A stretch of DNA of 64,000 nt from Callorhinchus milii (GCF_018977255.1 NW_024704742.1:13704001-13768000), one strand, 5' to 3'; shown: positions 38,298-50,596, numbered from the stretch's first letter. Numbers and translations: made by a program. Notes: a model not told the origin generated them from the sequence alone.

Positions 38298-39244
38298 ATC
38301 AACTTCATACATGATTGATTGTCTTTGGAGCACTCAGTAGGGATGTATTTTTGAATTAAACTGGATGTCAGGTTTAAAATCGTTTCTGAATACTTTTAAT
38401 CCTGCTCTACCGAAAAAATAGTCAGAATTAAACATCAGCTTGGAAATCAAACTACTGGCAACACTTAGCCTTACTTTCCATTGTAAATGCAAACACTTCT
38501 CTGCAGAGAACTCTGTATGACACCAAGTCTCAGAGGGGACAACTCATTCTGATTTGGGTTTAAGGGTTCTGAATTTGATGACTTCGGGTTCTGAGTCTGG
38601 ATTGAAGTTCACCATAGAAAGTCATTCACCATTAATAAATGGCTTCTGAAAAAAAAAACTTTCTTCAGTGTTGCCATCCTTCACAGCTAGCAACCGATGA
38701 ACTAGATAAATAAGGGAAAAGAAAGGAATAATATTCAGAAAACAGGTCATGTAACAATAATGTTCTGTTAAGTACTGCATTATTTTAACTGTAACAACGC
38801 TGAACATTTTAAAGTGAGGTGAGCAGATGATGTCTTGGGTCACTTCAGATTCTGGTTGCGATACCTGCTTGCATGGTTGTGGTGCGTGCAGTTTGTTGCT
38901 AAGTGATTAATAGTTGCCCGTGGATGGATGAAAACAGGCCATGTGATGTGTTAATTATCACTGGGTGATAACTGCCACATGACCAAAGATTGTGTTTCAA
39001 GTCAATCTGTAATTAGTCGCTCGCTTGTGTATGATTAGACCAATCCCTACGTCCCGCTTCCACCCTCCCCCCACCCCCCCAAACAGACACATTCACGCAC
39101 TACTTTGGTCAAAAGTAGACAAAATCTCTGACCTCCACCATTGTTGCTACTACTCACAGAATATCTGCAGGGGGCACCTGCTTAAATCAGAGTTGGCTGG
39201 ATTTCACAGCAGTGCATAACATAACATCGTAACATAACATACAT

Positions 39245-39563
39245 TGTGGAGTCCTGTAGCTTAGTGGTTAGAGCACTCGCCTTGCAAGCAAGACACCTGG
39301 GTTCAATTCCATGCAGGGCGAAACCTTGGGCAAGTTTCCTTACTCCACAAGGCTAATAATAATCCCTTCAAAACCAAACAATAATAAATTGGTCATTTTC
39401 AATCCACGTCTGTTTGTGGGACACTGTTGTGCGGAATTGGCTGCCACGTTTCACCCACAAATATACAGTCAATTCACTTTACAGCATATTCTGTGAAGCG
39501 CTTTGAGACGTCTAGAAGACGTGAAGAGTTGTACAGCAAATGCAAGGATTATTACTATTATTA
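39245..39563 (+). mobile_element. tRNA-derived SINE, short body, TAGAA loop (left arm of IR)
   Basis: Full head, body and tail. Confidence 0.95.
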
Positions 39564-39938
39564 CATGAAAAACGATTGATTTTGTGAATTTTTGCACCCG
39601 TACAGCTCAAAAAAAATTTGAGCAATATTGTAAATGAATAACAAATAATTTAAATAATAACTATGTGATCCAAGGTAGTACCCACCTGGGGTTTCAAAAC
39701 TACAGCAGCCAGCAGCTTTGGGCTAAACCAATGTGACAAAGTCAGGGGGAAGGGGGAGAGAAGAGTTCAGACCCCAACAATTTGATATTTATCAGGTGGT
39801 CTGTATACAGTTATCAGTGACGTGACTATTGGATCACGTAGTTATTATTTAAATTATTTGTTATTCATTTACAATATTGCTCAAATTATTTTTGAGCTGT
39901 ACGGGTGCAAAAATTCACAAAATCAATCGTTTTTCATG

Positions 39939-40257
39939 TAATAATAGTAATAATCCTTGCATTTGCTGTACAACTCTTCACGTCTTCTAGACGTCTCAAA
40001 GCGCTTCACAGAATATGCTGTAAAGTGAATTGACTGTATATTTGTGGGTGAAACGTGGCAGCCAATTCCGCACAACAGTGTCCCGCAAACAGACGTGGAT
40101 TGAAAATGACCAATTTATTATTGTTTGGTTTTGAAGGGATTATTATTAGCCTTGTGGAGTAAGGAAACTTGCCCAAGGTTTCGCCCTGCATGGAATTGAA
40201 CCCAGGTGTCTTGCTTGCAAGGCGAGTGCTCTAACCACTAAGCTACAGGACTCCACA
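39939..40257 (-). mobile_element. tRNA-derived SINE (right arm of IR, duplicate of 39245)
   Basis: Shares private variants with 39245-39563. Confidence 0.95.
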
Positions 40258-40567
40258 ATGTATGTTATGTTACGATGATTAGAAAAGCCATTTCTTAAAT
40301 TGACCTCTATAGAAAGTCATATTCTGCTGGTTTCTGTTTATCTAAGGCTTTAGTATGGGCTACCTGAAACGCCTCTGTGGTCTCACCATACCAATCTTTG
40401 TGACATCTTGCGACTACTGTCCTGGTTTGTTAGGGTGGGATCGGGCTTGGCTGCAATACAATGTGAAGGTACTCAAGTAACCCTAATCATGCTCTAAATT
40501 GGATTTGGTGCTTCTTAATCAGCTTGCATTGGTTAAACATGAAAGTCACATCAAACTATATACAGTA

Positions 40568-40886
40568 GTAATAGTAATAATAATAATCCTTGCATTTGAT
40601 ATAGCGCTTTTCACGTCGGGAGGACGTCCCAAAGCGCTTCACAGAACACACTGTAAAGTGAATTAACTGTATATTTGTGGGCGAACGCGGCAGCCAATTG
40701 CGCACAGCAATGTCCTACAATCAGTCGTAGATTGAAAATGACCAATTTATTATTGTTTTTGGAGGGATTATTATTAGGCTCTGTGTGGAGTAAGGAAACT
40801 TGCCCAAGGTTTCGCCCTGCCTGGAATTGAACTCAGGTCTCTCGCTTGCAAAGCGAGTGCTCTAACCACTCAGCTACAGGACTCCA
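40568..40886 (-). mobile_element. tRNA-derived SINE, short subfamily
   Basis: CpG-intact complete copy with A box TAGCTGAGTGG and B box GAGTTCAATTCC on the minus strand. Confidence 0.95.
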
Positions 40887-41194
40887 TGCACTGAGCTAAG
40901 TGAATAACCTACTTTGCACAATATTTTATTGTCTTCTCAGGAACCCACAACAAAACTGATCAACTATTTCTTGTTGCCCTTGGTTCATCATAAGATCCCT
41001 TTAAAGTTAATGCATTTTTATACAATTTCCATGTTGAATCCGAAGTGCTTTATGAACTTATTTTTTTGTGCATCGATTTACATTTGAGCCCAAGAGATTT
41101 TCATATTGAATCGCGTATATCGATTGCAATATAAATCTGGGTATAGGGTAGTTTCATGGAGTGCAGAGGTGAGCAAAGAGGCTGATTCCCAAGG

Positions 41195-41500
41195 TGAGAG
41201 CGATAAATTATGAGGACTGACTAGATCAGCTGTTGTTCTTCAGTCCTGAAAGGAAATGTCTCAGAGGAGATCTTTTAGAGATGTATTTTAGTAATACTGG
41301 ATACAAGAAAGCAGCAGAATAAAAGGTTACAGGCTCAGGATTGTGAAGGGTAACTTAATGGCAGACAACAGGAAGTATTTCTTTACACTGAAAGTAAGCA
41401 TGTTTGGAATAGGTTACACAGAAGACTACTCAAGGCTAGGGTGTTGTTCTCAGTTAAGAAATAGTTGTAATTTGATAATGGAGAGCAGTAGGGTATGTAT
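41195..41500 (+). mobile_element. old CR1 3' relic
   Basis: Decayed CTCAGAGGAGATC (LRGD) and TTCTTTACAC (FFT) motifs; an antisense CR1 tail follows at about 41583-41615 and 41785-41820. Confidence 0.5.
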
Positions 41501-42348
41501 TCTGAAATGATAAAATCAAATGAATCGTATCTTTGAATGAAGAAAGACCTTCTTCATTCAAAGCTTTCTTGTGATCTTGTGAACATAGAAGCATAGAAAT
41601 TTACAGTGTAGAAGGAAATTCAATTCCAGGTGTTCTGAAATGCTTCTTTAATTAAGTAAATTTAGACCTAGATGCAATTTTGCCCCTGCAGTTTATTGAC
41701 AATAGGGAGAAGAATACTTTTAATTGAGCACTTTAGCCTTGAAGATGTGCAAAATGAACCAAATCTGCTTTAAGCCGTCACTCTGCCATTCCACCCATCG
41801 AGTCTGCACCGGCTCTCAGTGCAAAGTTTTCATTCAATTCTACTGCCCTGCAACACCCCCATGCCCCCTCAAGCCATTAACTTTCATATTCCTACAACCT
41901 TTAATGCTGACACAAACCTTTAAACTTGAGAAAGCTTGGATCTATTGAACCACCATAATTTTAACCATGCTGCATTTTATTCAGCAAGATTACAAAGTTA
42001 ATTGGTGACTGCTTAACAGAGCTGTGCACACATGCATTCTTTCACATGCACAGAGACCCTTTTAGTCCACACCCAGAACAATTCAAAGGTAAGTAAATCA
42101 GTTTTCCAAACATGAGGGAACTCTACTGCTGGAAGTTATATGGCAGGGTACAAGGGCATACAATATTTGTTATTTTTATTCCTGTAAATTAAATGTAATT
42201 TGGTGGATTGTTAAAATAAAAAATTAATAAGCTAAAATGTAAACTTGATAAAAATGTGATTTCTAGCCAATGAGCCTCATGAGGGTGATACTTATCTTAA
42301 TCACATGACTGCAAATACATGTCCTATTTACAGTACAATTCACAGACT

Positions 42349-42579
42349 GGGGTAAAATTGCATCTGGGTCTAAATTTTGCTATTACATTAACATGTCAGA
42401 GCATCCACAATTTGGCAAATTATTGAATATAGTCAACTTTGAAGCTGTTCTTATGCAGTTCTTGAAAGAACTTGCAGAAAACTAGTTTCAAAATTAAGGC
42501 TGCATTTAAGAATTTGCCAAATTCTGAATGCTCTAAAATTCTAATAGAATAAATCTACATCAAAGTGCAATTGTGCCTC
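42349..42579. mobile_element. palindromic MITE-like element
   Basis: Imperfect full-length inverted symmetry, e.g. AGAGCATCCACAATTTGGCAAATT vs AATTTGCCAAATTCTGAATGCTCT; the same terminus recurs at about 41658-41687. Confidence 0.7.
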
Positions 42580-43661
42580 TGTTAAACAGACAAAAGGGGG
42601 AAATAATTTTAATTTAGAACTTTTTAGCCTGGCAGATTTGCAAAATAACTCAACAACTGCTTTATGCTGTCACTCTGCCATTGCTGCAAGACCCATTTAG
42701 AAAGATGATTTTAATTGTATGGACTGTTATTTGATTCTATTACCCATTTTTCTAATATTTAGAATATTGCAATGATTTTGCCACTTCTTCATATTTCAAA
42801 ATGCTTTGTTTTAATTCTCTTAAGTATTCTAATTCTGTCATGTTTTTGCATCAAATCATGCAGTACAATTCTGAAAATTACAACTGGAAATACACATAAA
42901 CCCCGGCTAGCCAGACTAATGGGGAGGGAAGAGGGCAGATCCCACCCCACTGGAATTTCAGGCTAAGTGTAATTACAATACCAGTATTATAATCGTTTGA
43001 ATCCAGCGAGCAGAAGATGGTGATTCAGCTTTTTTCTGCCCACAAGCTTCAAACAATCTGAGTCAAAGTTGATATCCCCGGCAACTGTGAAGGTTAGCAA
43101 TGACGGTGAGACAGCGTTGGCACACATTAGGAGGTTGGGCTAGCAGGACTTTACATGTGCGTGGGTATGTGGAAATTTTGGTCCACGGAATTTTTACAAA
43201 AAAAATTAGGTTTCAGGTCTGGTCTGCCTAGGGTCAAATGATGGATATGTTACAATCTGTCAATTGAAACACAATTGACCCAGTAACAGGTAAGCTGACA
43301 AATATTTTCCCTTTTCACCTTGTGGGCACTGAGACCGATGTCAGCTCCCCTAATAGTGTCCAAAACGTGATCAGCAAACTCTGTAAAGACTAATGACTTT
43401 CCCTGGACTTTTCTGCTCAGTTCTATAGATCATCATGAGATACATCATATAAGAATCCACGTTTGTGGGACAATTGGCTGCCGCGATTCGGCCACAAAAC
43501 ACAGTCACTCCACTTCACAGTATATTCTGTGAAGTGCTTTGAAACATCTCAATGACGTGATAAGGCGCTATATCAAATGTAAGGATTATTATTATGTTCA
43601 CTGAGCTTTTGTGGAAGTACCAAACTAAGTACATTTTCATTGACATTTTTAAAAAGCATAA

Positions 43662-44190
43662 TACAACAACAGCAACAAGATTACATTTATATAGCGCCTT
43701 TCACGTCGGGAGGATGTCCCAAGGCGCTGAATTAGGATGTTGATATTTTCCTCAACATTGAGCTCATGAATTGTGAGGGACTTGTTATTTAATGAGCAGA
43801 CGTTCTGCAGACCGATGTGGAGGGGACAGTTAGTGCTGGGAGTGTGGGGGAGATGAGGGCGGGGGAGGGTTGAGCAGACGGGTTGGATGGGGATGTGAGT
43901 GAGGGAGGAAAGGTTGGCTCCCATGGGGTGGGGGCCGATGGATCTTGCGGCGAGAGTGGGGGAAGGGGCATTTAGGGTGGGTGCCGTAGGACAGCCGACG
44001 GCGTCTACCACGGTGGGCACGACGGAGAATGTGAAGGGAGGAGTAGAGGGAGGCCGTGGGGGAGTCAAGGAGGGATAGGAGTCGGGGCAGGCGGAGGGAG
44101 AGGAGGGTTGAGCGGGAGTGGTGGAGAGAAGGGGACGGGGTTGGGAACATCTTGGGGAAACAGCTTGGGTCAATTGTGGCAGCCAATGTG
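43662..44190 (-). mobile_element. L2 5' region and endonuclease start fused to an L2 3' tail
   Basis: HIGLQNVCSLNNKSLTIHELNVEENINIL (APE N-terminus) joined directly to CAGCGCCTTGGGACATCCTCCCGACGTGAAAGGCGCT and (TTG)n. Confidence 0.85.
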
Positions 44191-46199
44191 CGCACGCTAA
44201 GACTCGGACATTCAGTAAATTTTCAATTTATTTTGCACCACTTCATTGCCCTCATGTTGGATAGTTAGATTTGATGTCTTATTTTTTGCTTGTGCAGTAA
44301 CAAGTTTGGCTTCTTTTGCATTCCTGATTTCTGGTAAGACACATGTTCTCTAAACTGGGAAGAGAGAGAAATTTAAACCCATGAGTGGATCAATAATATA
44401 TGCTAAGAAGATTACAGCTTCATGGATTTCAGTGCATGAGTGCATCACCAATGAGGCACATTTGCACATCAAGAGACTGAGACTTGATAGAAATCCTTTG
44501 TGTGGGAAGTCGCAATGCCCCTGAGTCTCAGTAATCCATTAAATCCACAGTGAAAAGAGGGCAAGGAAACAGGCAGACCGGCACATTTATTTTTCATATT
44601 TTCAACTGCAGTTTGTGTTCAATCTTTATGTGTCAAATGAAGAGGACAGTACAGCAAATTGGATAGTAAAGGCCATTCAACAGATTCAAGCAGTACAAAG
44701 GCTCTCAAAAGCTTATCAGCACCTTCATTACTTTCAACAAATCATTTCAAGAGTGTCTTTAACCATGATGGATACCTTTTTATGTCAAAGGTTTTACAAA
44801 GGTTCTTTTCTGGCATCTGAATAACCTCTGAACAACATGAAAATAAACTATACAACATTGTTAAAAAACCTGAAAAAACCTGAAATATTATCTGGTAACT
44901 CCTCAGAAATTACAATCAATTTAATGGTTAAAATACATTTATTTTTGAAAAAAAAGTGTAGCTCAGTGTGCGTGTTTCAGCTCAAGCAACAGGAATAAAA
45001 GTATAGAGCGTCACTACATGATGGTATGAAGGAGCTGAATTAATACGCTCAGCTGAAGTTGAAACATGCTGGGATAATGATTGTAACGCCATTGATTTTG
45101 ATCTGACAGTGGAGAAATCTACAAAATATAAAATGGTCGTAACTTTCAGTATCCTGCAATGTCACCTCTGGAATCCTGAAATACGAGGGACAAGAAGACA
45201 AGTTCTGACTCAACTGTGCTCCTCCACACCTGCCCCAGTGGTTCAATGGTCTAAAAAAAATTTTAATACCATAGAAACATGTTTGTGATCAGTTAACTTG
45301 TGAATTTGACCTACAATTGCAGGGATTTCACTTATTGCACTTATGGCAATTAATTCCAGACACTAAAAATCTTCTGAGTGAAAAATATTGTTTTTAACAT
45401 TCCAGTAATTCTTCTGCTAAGAATTACTTGAATGACACAACATGCAATAGGTTATATTTAAAAATAACATACCAGAATATAGAACTAAGAGGATGTTCTG
45501 CCTAACTCAGAAGGGTTGAGAAATACAATCATTCGATGTTCTGCTCCAGGCTGAATTTCACTCAATGAAATATTTTTGCCATTTTCATTTCACTCCTCTG
45601 GAACCCTTTTGACTTTTCAGAAAATGTGAAAGTGTATCTCAGCTCAGGCATTTCATGAGACACTGCAATGATTGTTGCATTTGGTAATTGTAAGATTACC
45701 AAAATTATTTAATTTCCTCTTTTTAATGAGTTGTTTTTATAGAAAATATGATCTCTCAGTGACAAGTGGTGGCTTCATGTGCCATTTTTCTGCATTTATC
45801 AGAAGCAGTAAGTCTGACTCATTAACAAAGGCCAAATGGGTCATTTCTGGTTGTTAAGTTGTTTAATTGCGTGATTCAATCTAATGTTCGATTTGGGACT
45901 TAAATGTAAGCCCTAAAACACCAAGTGAGAAAGTGGAAAATGGCATTAATGGTTCAGTGCTAACAGTGTGTAATTACCATGTAGTTACCATCAAAGTAAA
46001 TTTACTCCCTACAGACAAAGCAATTTAGGATATGTTATTTTACTGCTTAAATGGAGGATTCACAAAAATAAAAATTCTGCTAAATGTTACATACAATATA
46101 AGACATATTGAGGTAAAGTTAGAGTTTAATAACAATAATCCTTACATTTATTATAGGGCCTTTCACATCGGGGGGATTAAGCATTAACGGGATCTAATT

Positions 46200-46432
46200 A
46201 ATAATAGTAATAATAATCCTTGCATTTGATATAGTGCCTTATCACGTCTTTGAGACGTCTTGAAGCGCTTCACAGAATATAAAGTGCATTGACTGTATAT
46301 TTTGTGGGCCAAACTTGGCAGTCAATTGTACACAGCAGAGTCCCACAAATTCATGGATTGAGTGACCGCATTGTTTTTATTTATTAGTTATTTCTTTTTG
46401 AAGGGATTATTATGCCTGGAAAAGCGATCCGG
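46200..46432 (-). mobile_element. tRNA-derived SINE, long subfamily, 5'-truncated
   Basis: Tail and body up to GGAAAAGCGATCC; followed by a Deu-type SINE head at about 46445-46520 (-). Confidence 0.85.
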
Positions 46433-46734
46433 AAAAGAGATTTAATAGAGGTTCCAATCCATGACCTCCTGACTCAGAGGCGAGAGGGTGAGAGCCAGCG
46501 AGTGGCTGAGCCAGGCTGACACAATCGAACGTATAGTGTGTGTGGCTGTTCCTGTCGCTCGCTTACTGTGTATATACTGTAAGGTGCAGTGAATGTGTTT
46601 TTGTGGGGGAATACAATAGGCAATTTGCATACAACAATGTCCCACAAACAGCCATAAAGTGAATGTTATTGATTAACACAAGCCACACGTTCGGAAACAC
46701 CACAAACTTGGCCCCATAATATTACAGTACGTCA

Positions 46735-47150
46735 GCCTGTCTCAGGTGATAGTACTCTTGCCTCTAAGTCAGAAGGTTGTGGGTTCAGGACTTGGAACTC
46801 ATGACAGGTTGTTGGAGGCGCTGTCTTCAGATCAGACATGAAACCTAGGCCCACTTTGCCCATTCAGGGACATTGAGGCACTTGGGATGTCCTCCTGACG
46901 TGAAAGGCGCTATATAAATTTTGTTGTTACCCATGGCACTATTCAAAAAGAGAAGGGCACGGTGTCCTGGCCAACAATCTCCCAAGTGAAATCGGTCATT
47001 TACTTCATGGCTGTTTGCTATGTGCATTGACTGCCGTGTATGCCCACGAAACACACAGTCACTATACTTTACAGAATATCTTGTAAAGCACTTTGAGACA
47101 TCATCTTGGTGTGAAAGGTGCCCCATCAAATGTGAGAATTATTATTATTA
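46735..47150 (+). mobile_element. older Deu-domain-type SINE with a short L2 tail inserted at about 46877-46929
   Basis: Head CTTGCCTCTAAGTCAGAAGGTTGTGGGTTCA; core CCATGGCACTATTCAAAAAGAG..GTGTCCTGGCCAAC. Confidence 0.85.
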
Positions 47151-49169
47151 CCTGGTGGATAAAGTAATGAATATAGCTATAGATTCCTGAGTATTGGTAA
47201 TTATCTTAGTGTAGAAAGGTTTAGGTGTTCAGTACACATTAAATGGGTATTAATAGTACTATGAATTTTAGTATTAGACTTACATAGGGGTTCTCCTCTT
47301 CATTGCCCCCATTCTTTCTTCCATTTATTGGCTATCCTCAATTTAGTTCATTGCTCCTGCAGCAGAATTAATATGCTTGATTTACATACTAAATTACATT
47401 TTATTTATCATTTTGGCTCAATATTAAAGTAATAATTTGTTTAACCACAAGATTAATATTTACTTTGTATTATAATGTGTGAACCGGGGGTGGGGGGGGG
47501 GCATTCCTTGGATCTCCTGAAGGTCTGAAAGCCAATTATTTATTTAAATGGCATATTTGAATAATCATCCATTATGGCAGCCTTTAATTCAATGTGTAAA
47601 ATGCACATTTGCAGTATAATAACTTCAAAATAGCTACTAACAAAACAGCGGTATGACAAATATATATAAAATAGCTTTGGCAGTTGATCAGAATTGTACA
47701 TTGAAACAAAATCTATCTGCTTCAATACTCTGTTAGGAGGAAGATTTAAGCATAGTCTTTAACTGTTACAATTATAAACTTTCATCTTGTTTTCTTGCTT
47801 TAATCGTGTCTGAAGAAACATATCTCTATTTCAACAATTGCTATTCAGTCCAGTTCTTTGCTAAAAGAATAATTGCTTTGAACTATGAACAATAATTTAA
47901 GAAGACAGTTGTATTTTTGTTAAAGTCTTCTGACTATTTGAAATTGATCCAGCTCTAGTTGTATAATAGATTGCAATTAATTAGAACCTTTCACATAAAA
48001 CAATCAAACAAAGCAAAATTAATTGAAATGAAACTGAATGTTCTAAAGGCAAATGTGGCATCATATCTGAGCCAACAACATTGTATGAAGAATACTGGGA
48101 TGAGCAACCAATACATTTGAATTTATTTATGTGTAGGCAATAAATTTAAATGTTTTTTTTTGAGTCAATTGTATTAATTAACCTTTTACGAAACAGAATT
48201 TAATGTAGATATGAAACCATTCTTTAGAGGTAAGTTTATCGATGAATAGCAGTAAGATCAGCCAGTCTTGGATATATTGAATAGACGGAATTTTGATTAC
48301 AATATATATATAGTAGTGTTGCCCAACCCCCACCCTGAAATGGGCAGAAATGGACACACTATATAAGACTTTCACTACACCACTGGTTTATTCTAAGGTG
48401 GGAAAAACGCAGATCAGCAACAGCAACACAACCACAAAGGAGTGCAGGCACCTCGCTCGCAGGCATTACCTGCCACACCTCATACAGACCCATGCACTTG
48501 CAATCCCGCCCATTCTAACCATTAACCAGCGTCAAGCCAGCTAAGTGGCCTGGGTCTCATGCTGCCTGGCTTGTGGCCAGGCCAGGGTCTCCACCCTTCC
48601 CAGCACCAAGAGAGAGATGGGGTTGCCAGCACTTCCTTAAGAATGCACAGCAGGCGCCATTGTCAAGCCTTCCTGCCCAAAGGACCCAGTGCTCACTGCA
48701 ATACTTAAACCGTGCTAAAGAAGAGAAAGTTTGCTAACATCTGTTGTATTGTTGGCTTATGACAGCAATACCTACTTCTGCTGCTGCTACTCAATCCTGT
48801 TCTCAGACAGGTTGATGTTAAGAGTTGGACACAGTATATTTGCAGTACATTATAAAGTAAAACATCATCTGAAGTGAATGAATAGTAAATTCCACATGCA
48901 ATATCGATGAGATTTAGAACAGGAATCAGTAACCAAACAGATGAAAATTCTTTACATACTGATAGGATTAAACCACTTGCTTTATCTAAACAAATGAGAC
49001 TCCCGAGACCTTTCTCAGCCATCAATACTGAGCATCTAAATCGACACAAAGGAGAAAATGCACACTCTTTCAATTTTATTGCCACATAACTTTTATGCAA
49101 AAGTTTGACACTTTCTAAATTGCTCTACACGGTGAAATTTCTGTGTGTAGGTGGCACACATGGAAATTG

Positions 49170-49906
49170 AAATCTGGGCTGCGTACTTAGACTTACTGAA
49201 CCCGTACACAACTAGGTGTCAGGTTCAATCCCCAGCTTTCCTTTCTATCCCACAACTGTTCCATGACCAGGACTCCTTTTGTCCACCTCCACCACGTTGC
49301 CCACCTCCGTCTGTACCTCACATCCACAACAGTTGAAATCCTTGTCCACGCCTTTGTCACTTCCTCGCTGGACTATTTCAATGGCCTCCTCGCTGGTCTC
49401 GCCAGCTCCATCATACACAAAATACAATTAATTAATACTCTGCCGCCCAGATACTCACCCGCACAAAGCTCTGTGCCCCATCACACCAGCCCTTGCCAGG
49501 CTCCACTGAATAGATCGACTTCAAGATCGTCTCACTCGCTTTCAAATCCCTTCAAGCACTCACACCTCCCTACCTATCTGATTTGCTTACCCCCTACTCT
49601 GCCACACGCTGCCTCCAATCGGCTGGCTCCGGCCTCCTGTGTATCCCGTGCCCCCTTCACTCTACCATCGGCAGCCATGCTTTCAGCCACAAGTCCCGAA
49701 GCTCTGGAACTCTTTCCTTCAATCCCTCCATCTTGCCCCCTCCCTCCCCACTTTTTAATGCTACCTAAATACCTTTCTTTTTGATTGTGCTTCCAATCAT
49801 CTCTCCCCTCCTTCTCCCACTGGCTCAGGGTCAGACTCCGTCACTGTCAAGTGCTTCGGGACGCTACCCCATGTGAAGGGCGCTATATAAATGCAAGTTG
49901 TTGTTG
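49170..49906 (+). mobile_element. older L2 3' fragment
   Basis: ILVHAFVTSSLDYFNGLLAGL; tail AAATGCAAGTTGTTGTTG. Confidence 0.9.
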
Positions 49907-50184
49907 CATACACTTTCGAATGGTAATTGAGTTTCCACCTGTGAAGGACACCTGGCTCACTAAGAAAGAAAATTGCTTCTATTTAAAAAATATTTGTATA
50001 TATATCCAACTTGAATGTTATCTTGAACACATTTTAAACCTTGGCTATCTCTTCCACTTCATTGCCCATAGCACTTGTCAATGTGTCTCTTTCTTGGTCG
50101 AACCACTTTTATTCCCCTTATGTGTTTCTTCAAGATGTGCATTCTTTTTCTTGCCCTCCTTATGCTCTCCTTTCCGTTCAATGT

Positions 50185-50300
50185 TCTGGTCCTGAACAAG
50201 AGATAAGCCTGAAATGTCAACCTACAATCTCTCTTTTGGATGCTGCAAGAACCACTGTGGACTTCCTGGACATTTAGTTTTATTTGACCTGACAGAAATT
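50185..50300 (+). mobile_element. Penelope-like terminal repeat relic
   Basis: CCTGAAATGTCAAC...GATGCTGCAAGACC is similar to the reverse complement of 2375-2495. Confidence 0.4.
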
Positions 50301-50596
50301 TCAACTCATTTAACTAATATGGTTTTTAAATCCTTACATCTTAAATAGCGGCTTTCATGTTGGAAGGATGTTCTAAAGTGCCTCACAGTGTAATGCAAAG
50401 TGTAGTGGTTGTGTGTTTTGTAGACAAACTGATAATTGAATGTGGTATTTACCTGTAATTTGAAAATAGTGTAAGAAATTAAACTTATTTGTTGCTCTCT
50501 GAAGTTTGTGCTTTATGAATTTGGATTAAATGATCTTCAATAATTGCAATAATTATGGTCTTGCCAGTCTGAATGTCAATGTAACTTATTAATCTT

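Larger units (their letters stand above)
39225..40277. repeat. long inverted repeat: 449-bp arms (39225-39673, 39829-40277), 155-bp spacer
   Basis: Arms are reverse complements with 3 mismatches by manual comparison; twin ORFs 39311+ and 40006- differ by one residue. Confidence 0.97.

Noticed and set aside
45049..45246. Ig-like IPEVTLQDTESY after a minus-strand acceptor
   Set aside because: Lacks the D-x-G-x-Y-x-C pattern and runs into a stop with no donor.
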